Assembly (NCBI GenBank): GCA_013265495.1
Contig: MU058896.1
Location: forward strand, 496,001-560,000
DNA from: Vicugna vicugna
Lineage: Eukaryota
DNA: 64,000 nt
Direction of reading: 5' to 3'
The notes below the pieces were generated by a model that was given only the letters and a program-made list of their open reading frames with translations, made no database searches and was not told the DNA's origin. Within the stretch, counting starts at the first letter, position 1. Each line of letters begins with the position of its first letter. A program made the position numbers and the translations under genes. Of the stretch, positions 1 to 10,260 are shown piece after piece.

Positions 1-3000
1 TGCCAGGCAGAGGTGTGGGTGCGGGGGGCACTCAGCCAAATAGAGCAGTCCTCACTGCTCCGGTGGGGCTGTGGGGGTTGGAGTGAAGAGGAGGGCAGGA
101 CACAGAGCCCAGTGTCCCCGAGTGGGCTTTCCAACTGGGAGGGGCCCTGTTTTCCACTGGGCTGTGAGGCCCAGCAAGCAGAGGGCACTGGGCAGAGGAG
201 TGGGAGCGGCAGGGCTGGCTAGAAGCCAGGTAGGCGCAGGATCCCCCCAGCCTCTGCATCTGGCAGGGGATGATGCCCATTCTAAGACAAGGATGCCCCC
301 ACAGTGCCTTCCTCTCTGGTTTGCTGTGGTGCAGGTGGCCCTGGAATTGTCCACCTACTCCTAGAAGCTTCTGCCCCAGCTGAGAGGCCAAGCAAAGGCA
401 GGGCAGGGCTGGATGGAGACACGCTGCCCCCAGCCCTGGTCAGGCACCATGCCCCCACAGTCACTTCTCTCTCACACCTCAGCACCATGAGTGCCTGGCT
501 CTGTCCTCCTTCCCAACACACCCAGCAGCCTCAGAGCCACCTGGCCCCTATCCTGGTGACACCTGACCTAATGACATCTCCCCAAGCCAGGTGGTTTCCA
601 CCTTTCTACCCAGGTTCCTGCACCAGCTTTCCCATACTTGCCACATGCCCCTACCCCTTCAGCCAGGGAGATGTCACACTCTCTGCCTGCCCTCCTTCCT
701 GGGGACACCAGGGCAGTGTCTCACACTCCCTGGAGGACCACACCTGGATTCCCAGAGGTCATGCAGGGAGGCAGCCACCTCGAGGCGGTGCCCATTGAGG
801 GCTAGGTCTTAGGCAAGGGGTTCTCAAGCCACATGTCCTTAAGTCACAATAGTCACCTACTGTCCATACTGAGTCATCATGACACCCACACGTGGAAACA
901 GACTCAGAGTGACATGGCAGTAAGTCCAGTGTGGCCAAGACCACCCCCAGGCCTGGCCGGCTCTAGAGAGGGTAGGGACACTCCCCCACCGGCTGTCCCC
1001 AAGGCTGGAGCAGACCCAGGACGCTTGTGCCCTGCACAGCTCACAGCCTCCCTTCATACCTCATCCTTTTCCTGTGAGGTCAAGTCAGACCCAGGGAGGC
1101 TGAGGACACATGCTCGTCACACCTAGGCCAGGAAGAAATGATCTGTGTTGTGTGTGGATCCCCAGAAACCATATGGTGCGCACCAAGGCCTGGGGTGGGT
1201 GTGGGTGGCCCAGGGTGGGTGAGGGGAGCTCAGGGGTGAGGGGAGAGGTGCCCTGGGTGAACGCTGGCTCCTGGCACCACGAGATGCCCTGCACTTGAGC
1301 CGTTTGTGCTAGCCTCTCCAGAGTTGAGACAGGCACCATCTCCAGCCAACATGCCACCAAACAGGGAGGTGAAGACTCCTCCCTGAACCTCAGGGGTATG
1401 TGCTTCTTTGCACAAGAGCCGCCCCTTAGAGCTTCTAATCAACGCGCTGTGATGCGGGGGACTGGTGGGCCTGGAGAACTTCTGGGGCCTGAAAGAATCT
1501 TGTGCCCTATGCAGCACCCTATGCAGGAGAGTCTGTGGGTCCTAGAAGCCCACAAAGCACTTGGTCATGCAGGACACAGGCCCCAGACTGCTACCTGGGA
1601 GAAACAGTCACTCAGCCACCTCAGGCTACCCCCGAGCACAGTGCCACCCATGGGGCCACCCCACGGCCAGCAGGAGCCCCATGAGCAGGGAGGTACTGGC
1701 TGTTCTGGGTTCATCCTGGGGGTGGGGGTGTCCCTGGCCACCTGCCTGGGCACTAAAGGGTGTGTTCCTGTTCCTGGAGTCACTCTTGTCACTGGCCAAG
1801 TCACAGCAAGTGCCGGGGGACTGCCTGAGCCTGGACAGGCTCCCAGGAGGAGGACGGATATAGTGGTGGGTACTCAGCCTGGGGCGGAAGACGTGCCCAG
1901 CATCTAAGAAGCCCCTCACCCTCAGGGCAGGATGAATCTCCCACTATCAGGGTGCACCCTCTACCCCACTGCCTCTCCAAGGGACACGCAACCTTAAACC
2001 TCCCAGAGCAAACGTCAACAATCCATCCTAAGAGGAAAACAAACTCAGGGCATCACCTAATCACCACGAGGGCTGCCCCTGTTCATCCTCTGCACCGCAG
2101 CCACTTCTGAGATGCACAGTGCCTGCTGCTCTAAGGATGACACACGTGCACCCTCCTGGTGGCTGCAGAGATGGAGCTGAGAGCTGGCCATCTGGGGGCC
2201 CAGGGACAGTTGCCGAAGCCAGATGCAGCCAGAGAAGGTGAGGCCAGACAGCCATGGCCTTGTCTGTGTGGGCACCCCTGGCAGGGGCAGTGGGGGTGAG
2301 GAGGAGGGGGCCGGAGGCTAAGTCCAGACTGTCTTGAGATATTGATGTCAAGTGAGGGGCAACAGAAGACTAACAGTGGCCTTGAGGAAGAGGCTCATAT
2401 ACGTTCATGAGGGAAAGGAAGACTCCAAGGCCAAGAGGCACACGGTGGACCTGGGAGAGGAAGCCAGCCTGAAGGGCGAACGTGTGCAATACTCCAAGCC
2501 CACGCCCAGGGCGGCTAGCAGACAGCTTGGGGCAGCTCACACTGGTTGGCAGCACAGCTCCCTGAGCAGCCACAGTCCTCCTTGGAAACATGCACCTGGC
2601 CTTTGGCTCACGTGCTGGTGAGGGTGAGCCTGCCACAGGCCCGCATCCCCAGCGAGGTGGGCTCCCAGTCCTGCAAAGCCAAGGCCCTGACCCAGAGGTG
2701 GCTGCTGCCCAAGGTGCTACCTGCTGAGCTGCTAGGGGGTGGGGTGGGGGAACCACGTGGCCCTCGCGGCCACCTCTTCTCAAGACCTGAGCCCACACAG
2801 ACCTGCAGGTTGCTCCTGGTTCCTCCTGCCGGCAGTTACCCCAGCACCCTCCATCCCCATTCTAACCCCGGTCTTCCCCAGGCTGGGTCCAGTGCTGCCT
2901 TTCAGGCAGCAAGGACGCTTTCTGGAGTCAACAGTCCAAATTCTCAGTGCCGGCAGTTGAAGTTGCCAGCTGGTCTGGAGGCACAGGCCTCCCTGCTGTG

Positions 3001-5809
3001 GACACTGGCTCTGTGCGCCACGTGCCTGGACAACCTCTCTGCCGAGAGCATGCCAGCCAGAGATGGCTGGGCCTCAGTCCCACGCCACCCAGCTTCCTTC
3101 TGGTGCACAGACCCAGCCACAGGCCTGCTACATTCTCCCTGGAGCCTCGCCTGGGCTCTGAAGCTGCAAAGTGTCTCTGACGTCACTGAGTCCAGCTGCT
3201 CTGCCTGTCTGACCCACGAGCAAGGACACAGGCAGGGAACAGGGAAATGACCTGCCCAGGGAAACACAGAAGGTTGAGTGCCAGGACCCCGTCCCTGGGT
3301 CTGGGGCCACGTCTGCTGCAGCAGCTGTGCCCATGCCACGCTCGGCTCCATGGGGACGAGCACATGAGCCCCTGGTGTGCACGCATCCCCACCAGGGCCT
3401 GAGCTAGAGGGCCTGCCTTGGCCCCAGTACCACGAGGCGGAGCCGGGGTCTTGGTCGCGGATGCCAATGGGCAGACACTGACATGGCTGTGGCCCGAGTC
3501 GGCCTGGCTCACCCGCACTTCCAGCACAGCTCAGGGCTCAGAAGCAGAGCTGGCCACTGAGGGAGAGAAACGAGGGTGAGGTGGGGGAAGAAGTGGCCAG
3601 TGTCTAGGGTGCATGCTGATGGACAGTGAGCTCCCCATATCAGGGGAGCGGGGAACAGAGGGGAAACGGGCGAGGGGCCTGGGCAATCAGGGTTGGCCAG
3701 TGGGCCCATGTGGAGGGCGGGCAAGGGTTTAGTGTGTGCAGTGGGGCTGTTGTATGCGGCCTCCGTGTAAAGAGGGATTGCATGGGCCTGGGGAAGGGGC
3801 AGGGTGGAGAGAAGCCAGCAGACTCTGAAGCCTCGGGCTGATCTGGGACTCGGGGTGTGTTTGATGGGACCCACGAGAGCCTCCTTGGAGCAAGAGGATG
3901 ATAACCCTGGCTCCTGCGAGTCTGTCCCATGTCAGGGTGGAAGTGAGAGCCGCTGCCCAGGCTTCTAGAATAGCCCACACTTTGGAGGGTTGCTGAGCTG
4001 CTACCGTTTCATCTCAGGAGGGGAGCCCGCATCCTAGAAAAGCCGTGTCTGACATGCACGCTGAGAAAACTAGGACAGCCCGTCCATTGTCTGACCCCTG
4101 GTCCCCAACGAACGGCCTCTCTGGGCCTCCAAGTGGGCTGCTGAGTGCGTGGGGCAAGGCTGAGGCCACAAGTGGGGCAGTGGCCTTGGCCTGTGCCAGA
4201 TGTCTTACCTGGATGACCTGCACAGGATCCTCGTGCAGGGAGGGGCTGAGCTGAAGGGGCAGCAGGGACCAGGCACTGATCACAAAAGAGAGCCGACGTT
4301 CCAGAAGCCGGCACCTGCACGGGCCTTCGGGTCCTGAGGTGGCTCACAGCCGCCGCGGCTCAAGCCCACTGCCTCCTCCAGACCCTTCAAACCTCATGTA
4401 GATCATAAGGGGAACGAACTTGTCCAGGCTTGTCCTGCAGAGCAGGGCTGAGCGCCTAATCTGCAGAGGTGCCCCCAAACCAGAACAGATTCTGGTGTGA
4501 CCAGAAGCCACGACCCCAGCACAGCACCCTTCCCTCCTCTAGAGCCACATGCAGCATCTGCTAAGGCCCAGGGGCCTCCCACTGTACTGTGGGAACAGGA
4601 CAAAGACTGCCCCTAGGAGGGGGGCCACCATTCAGAGCCCACCACACCTGTGGGACACTCCTGCTGGCCGGCAGCGGAACTTCCAAAGGCCTAAGTTTGC
4701 GTGCAGCCCACACTGCACCGTGTGTCTGGTCACCCCGTGGCCAGAACTCACCCTCCCCCACATGCCCCTCTGGCTCTTCTCGGTCCACCTGTGCACTCTG
4801 GAATCTCTCCAGGCACCTTCTTCAGGTCCACCCTCCAAGCTGCACAGCCCTCGACCACAGCACTCTGCCCTGGAACCCTGCAGTAGTCCCACCTAGGCAG
4901 GACAGAGGCAGCCTGCTGACTGTGGATGCAGGTGGCCCTATTGATGGCGCGATCTGCTCTCTCCAGGATCTAGGGCTGCCTGCATCCAGCCCAGTGCTGA
5001 CCCGCACATCCCACTGTCCTCCTGTGCTCCTCCCTCCTGGAACACCTTTGCCCCAGTCTATCCAATAGTCTTGCCAACCCCAAGGTCAGTCCAGGTCACT
5101 AGGAGTGTTCCTGATCACCTGCCTCCTTCCTCCTGCTGTGGCTGGTCGACACTCCTCTCCTGCACCCTTAGCACCCAGAGACTCACCCAGGGTGCCGGGG
5201 TGCTGCTCACACCCAGCCTGACGAGGAGGTGAAGCTGGGGAGAGGGCTCCTGCAGGTTCAGGGCCCTCCCTCTGAGGGCTCACTGTGCCACTGGGAAGGG
5301 CCCGGGTCTGAGCTGAGCATGGCCTGGAGCCTGGGGCTCCCCAGCCCTCCTCTGAGGGGTACCAAGTGGGTTCCTCTCTGGAAATAAAGCCCAGTGCTGA
5401 GCCAAGGGGGCCGGGGGGGACTCCCCCACAGCCCAGAGCTGACCCTCGCTCGTACTTTCTGAGCAAATCTGCCAATGTCCCCATGTAGGGGACAGGGTCT
5501 GGGAGTCTGTGCCACAGCTGATGATAGTCTGGGGTCGCTGGGAAAGGTCCACGTGCCCTGGCACATCCTAATTTTAGACTAAATTTAGACACACATTTAG
5601 AGGTCAGCTTTCCCAAATTTATGTTTTTAATCAACTAAACTACTGCATGTCCTTCAAGGGCCTTCCCAGTTGGCCCTTATCCACCTCACCTCCTCCCCAG
5701 TGACCCTCATCACCCTTGTGCTCTCATCCACAAGCTCCCCCGCCCTGCTCCCTCGTCCTCCTGCAAGGGTCCTGACCCTGTCATACAATGGCCCAGGGCA
5801 CACAGCAGT

Positions 5810-5930
5810 AATGGTCTTCCCCGATCCTTGATAACCCCCTGAAGTAGGTCTGGTCAGTCCCACTTTGCAGAAGAAACTGAACATTACCAACGCTGACCAG
5901 CTTACCCAGAGCCATCAGCTAGGGTTTAGG
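5810..5930 (+). mobile_element. MIR SINE relic
   Basis: cccactttgcagaagaaactgaac...gcttacccagagccatcagctag resembles the recalled MIR core cccattttacagatgaggaaactgagg...gacttgcccaaggtcacacagctag. Confidence 0.55.
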
Positions 5931-5954
5931 AGGGACAAGCATGGCGCAGGGCCC

Positions 5955-6210
5955 AGGCTGGCGGGAAAGCAGAGCGAAGCCGTGGGCAGCCCACGTGTGT
6001 GAGGCCTGGGCCTGCGCCTGCGAGGGAGTCCTTGCTCCGCCCTCCCCTGGCGCTCAGGGGCCACAGCTTGTCACCATGGAAACCAGGCAGGGGCTCCTGG
6101 AGCCCGCAGCTCTGGTTTGGATTTCAAACCCAATGCCGCTCTCTCAGGAGCAACTTGTCAAACTTTCCAAATAGGAAATGTGGAAAGAAAAGAGAAAAAT
6201 TTCCAGTTTG
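5955..6210 (-). promoter_or_regulatory. Candidate intragenic promoter motif cluster
   Basis: E2F-type TTTCCCGC (5961-5968, minus), E-box CACGTG (5992-5997), NRF1-like TGCGCCTGCG (6013-6022), GC box (6035-6047), RFX X-box GTCACCATGGAAAC (6070-6083), GGAAA cores (6077-6205). Locally CpG-rich. Motif evidence only. Confidence 0.4.
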
Positions 6211-6469
6211 AAGCCACCCTAGAAAGATGGCCTGGTCTCTGAGCCTGGGAAGCCTTGTCTGGGTCAGCAGAGCGGTGGCAGTGCAGAGAACCCGCAGCCT
6301 CCCTGGGCTCCTGCCCCTCCTTCCAGGGAGCTGGCGGGTGGGTGTGCAGCTGGGCAGGTGGGCCCGCCCTTCCTGTCTCTGCTGAGCAGCTGCCCGTTCG
6401 TGTTTGCTGGTGGGTGTGTGAGAAAGGGTTCTTTGGAAAAAGGGCTGGAAAACCACTGACCTCATCCAG

Positions 6470-6525
6470 CTGTCCCACCCTTGGAGATGGGGAAACTGAG
6501 GTCAGAAGGGGCAAGGACCAGGAAG
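6470..6525 (+). mobile_element. MIR SINE core fragment
   Basis: cccacccttggagatggggaaactgaggtcagaagggg matches the MIR core motif. Confidence 0.6.
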
Positions 6526-8754
6526 TCAACAGCAGGGCAGGGTCACCAGGCCCAGAGCAGGTTCCCAAAGGATCTGCAGGTCAGCCCAACGTGGACCCCA
6601 GGCTGTGGCCCCCGAGTCCTGCCAGGCTCCGGGCCTCCTGCTGTCCACAAGCCCCAGCCACACATACAGAGGCTCCTGGAGCAAAGCCCCACACAGGGCA
6701 ACCCTGCTATTATGCACAGCAAAGGAAGGGAGCCCTCGGGCCAGAGTGTAACCTTCAACCCTGGGGCTCGAGGGCACTCAGGGCCCCAGAGAACCTCAGG
6801 TGGCCCCAGGTTCACGAGAACCTCCCCACCCCCCGACAAGCAATCCCAGGCAGCCTGGCCATGTGAGACACTCCCGAACTGGAGCAAGCGCAGTGGTCGC
6901 GCCTGGGCCATGTCCTGAACACCACGCTGCTCCCTGGGCCTCAGGTGTGTGGCTTGTGGCCACCTCGACACAGTTGGGATCAGAGGGCCCTCGAGTGCCA
7001 GGTGCTGGGCACTCACATCCCCACCTCACAGACAATGAGACTGGGTCTGTGTGGGGACCTGGCACCCTGGCTCAGCCAGAGGCACCAGGCCTCCAGGGCA
7101 TCCTAGCAGGAAGCAGAGAGCTCTGGCTCAGCCCCCAGCCTACCACTCCCTGGCTTGGTGGTTCAGGGCTTGGTGGCTCAAGGCCTCACCTCTAAACACG
7201 GTAACGTGATGCCCCTCTCTCTCCCCTGCCAAGCTTGGATGTGGCCAGCTCATCGAGGCCAGGCAAACAGGAAGACACCAGGCACCATGGCCATGCAGAG
7301 TGGGCTCTAGCCTCCAATACTGCCAGGCTGGGTGCAGTCTGGGTGTGGGCAGGTGGTGGGCAGGGGGCTCGGAGAGGCACTCCAGCTCTGATCCTCACAG
7401 GCTGCGTAATGCTGGCCTCTGCTCGCTCATTGCTCATCATGAGGTGGGAATACAGGGCCATGGGGAGGAGGAAATGGGAGCATCGGGGCGGCATCTGCCA
7501 CCCCCGAGATCCTCTGCGCCCCAGGGAAGCCAGCGGGGGGGCCTCCATCCACTCGGCAGAGGCCCACTCACTGACATGCTTTCCCACCTCAGCTTAGGAG
7601 CCAGGCCACATCCACCACCCTCCCACAGGCCAGAGTCACAGGGAGGGCCTGCGTGGGGAGGGAGCCCCAGTGCTCCGAGGACAATGCAGAGACCCGGCAC
7701 AGAGGTCTCTGGAGCCCCTCTTCCTCTCAGCCCTGGGATGGGCCCCCGCAGCCCCTGCCCGGCCAGTCCTGCAGCCTCAGCTGACACAGGCCTCCTGTAG
7801 CCCTCCCCACGCTCCCAGCCATCCCTGGTCTGGGCCTGCCCTGCTCTGCTGCCCAAAGGCTCATGAGGGCCCCACACCTCCTCCCGGAAGTGCACCCCCT
7901 GCTGCCCTCAGAATCAGGTGCTGCCCCTCCAGGGATAGAGGTCAGACCTCCATCCAGGCTGAGCCGCTCACATGCCTCAGAAAGATGCAGCAGGGTCGCC
8001 TACTCCAGGAACAAGCCTTTGAGCAAAGAAGGTGACACTGGAAACGTCCTCCTGTCAGGAAAGTTACACAGCAAGCTCTGGACAGGGGCTGTTCTGGACA
8101 CGGATGCGGACAGTGCAGTCCTCTGGGCTGGCCAGAAACTGGCGTGGAGGCGCCTGCAGGATGTGGGCCAGGGCTAGTCCTGCTATGCAGGTCGCCTGGC
8201 AAGGACCGGCACAGCGGGGTGGCAAATGCTAAGGGCTGATGAACACTGCCTTCCTCTGCCCGAGCATCCCAGCACGGCCTCCATGGGGCCCACACCAGGA
8301 CACAGGGCTGCCTCCGTGGGCCAGGCCAGATGCACGTGGGGAGGACGTCGAGAGGCTGCTTATGTCACGTTCTAGCTGTGAACGCTAGCTCTGAACAGGG
8401 GAGCTTGGCCTGGGCAGAGGTTTAAGACTGCTGTGGTACTGTCAGGCCAGGGGCCTGGGCATCCCATGGCCTTGTCCCTGCCTGGTACCCACAGACAGAG
8501 GGGCCTGGCTGGGGACAGAATGGTCTTCACACCTGCTCTTGGCTGAGCCTGGCCCAGTAGGCCGGAAGCTGAGAAGTCCCACGAAGCTTGCAGGGCCCAG
8601 GACACAGGAAGGAAGGAGAGTCAGAGCTAAGCAAAGAAGCCACAAGTTTGCTAACCTTTTAAAGACTTAAAAACTGGGCCTTTTTCCCCCAGAGAACTTG
8701 AAGTGATTCTTTTGTTTACTCTGCTTTTGCAACCGGCCCAGAGATCATCTCAAC

Positions 8755-8905
8755 AACGCTAAAAATAGCACCAAGGCAGCAATTCCTACTACTAAGCAGC
8801 CAAGCCGAGGAGCTCGTGTTTCCCCAATTTAAACTTTTCCCTTCCTTCTTGCTCTCTAATTCCCACCGTCGCAACTGGGCTTCCTTTAACCTGACGTCAG
8901 GGCAG
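8755..8905. promoter_or_regulatory. Candidate enhancer with canonical MEF2 and CRE sites
   Basis: CTAAAAATAG (8759-8768) and CCTGACGTCAGG (8890-8901) next to a CpG-rich stretch. Motif evidence only. Confidence 0.4.
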
Positions 8906-10171
8906 TAACCCGCCACAGTCCCCTCCATCGAGGGCAAGGCCGGGAAGAGAGGCCCGGATGGGGCAGCCGTTGGTGACAACAAATCCCAGACAGCTTCTTC
9001 CCGGCGTCAGTCAACGTCGGTGCGTGGAGCTGAGCCTCTCTTGGGGAAATGGTGGGCTGAGGGGCCGTGGGCCTCTGGGGCATACTGGCACCCCACTCGA
9101 GCACAGACGCAGGTCCGCACGCGGGGCAGGCGCGTGGGACGGTGGGCCTGGTGTGCCAGAGCAGGGCTGAGCTGCAGGCCAGGCTCCCCAGCCCACCTCT
9201 GCCTGCGCCCACACATCCCCTGTCCTTCCAGCCCCGCCTGGATCCCAGCTCAGGCGCCCACTTGCCGTGTGGCTGAGTCTCAGTTTCCTCACCTATAACG
9301 CAGCAAAGATGGTATCCACAGAAGTCAAGAGCGGTGTGTGCAGCGGTGCCCGGAGGCACGGCAGGTCGGCTGGCCCCTCCCGCCCATCCTCCACCCCAGC
9401 CCCTCTGCCCTGTGAGAAAGCCTACATTCCAGGCAGGGCCCAGCGGTGTCCAGCAGCTGCCTCTGTGTGCCCGCAGCCCCCACCGGCCCCCACAGGGCTC
9501 CTGCTGCCTCCTCTGCTCAGAAGCCCAGCCCTGCTCTGTGGTGCAGGCATCTCCCATGTCACCTCCTCCACCTTCTCAGCCTCCTACTCATGGGACCTCT
9601 GGTCACTCCTGTGGAGGGAGGTGGTTTATTCAGGCCTGGGGGTCTCAAAGAGCACGTGTGCAAAAGTGACTGCAACAGTGAGGCAGGCAGGCTGACACCT
9701 GCCAGAGGAGGCAGCCTGGGGCAGGGCTGGAGGGCCTAAAGAAGCCGGTGTGAGCTTGGGAAGGCTGGACTGTGCAGTGATGCTGTGCATGGAAGAGCCT
9801 GGGAGGGGACCCCAGAAGGGATGCCCAAGCAGTATGTTTTAAAAGGCTGAGGAAGGCACTGAGGGAGGCCGGAGCATGGAGGGACTTACCTGTGGCTTCA
9901 ACAGACCTGCCTCGTCCCCACGTCCCCACACTCCTTCCCCATCTACCCAGCTCCACCAGACCCACTGCAAGCTCAAACTCAGGCCATGGCCGCCGCCCGC
10001 CCACACAGCCGGGGAAGCAGGCACATTGCTGACTGGGCCTGTACTCCCTTCACGGTGGCTGGAAACTGGGTTGAAACAAGAAAAAAGCCCTGCCTGCTAA
10101 AATCAGTGAACATTTTGGGGAGGGAGGCAGGGCCACCTCTGGCTTGGTTACTGTGGAAACAATTAAAAAAA

Positions 10172-10260
10172 GTTTTTTTGATGGAGGTACTAGGGATTGA
10201 ACCCAGGACCTCGTGCATGCTAAGCAGGCGTTCTACCACTTGAACTATTCTCCACCCCCA
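10172..10260 (-). mobile_element. tRNA-derived SINE (Vic-1-like, camelid), short copy
   Basis: Minus strand reads GGAGAATAGTTCAAGTGGTAGAACGCCTGCTTAGCATGCACGAGGTCCTGGGTTCAATCCCTAGTACCTCCATCAAAAAAA: Pol III A box, B box (GGTTCAATCCC) and A-tail, no CCA. Same head as the copy at 41391. Confidence 0.85.

Noticed and set aside
1190-1260. G-rich tract with G4 potential on the plus strand
   Set aside because: G-runs are ubiquitous in this window, and this one is not tied to any splice site or promoter candidate.
2352-2621. Plus-strand ORF with protein-like composition (LRKRLIYVHEGKEDSKAKRHTVDLGEE)
   Set aside because: No real ATG start, no recognisable homology and no convincing splice sites.
6167-6175. 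CArG-like CCAAATAGG
   Set aside because: Only five A/T between CC and GG; SRF sites need six.
10172-10260. tRNA-Ala-like gene (also at 41391)
   Set aside because: No acceptor-stem closure, and an A-rich tail follows. These are SINE heads, not functional tRNAs.
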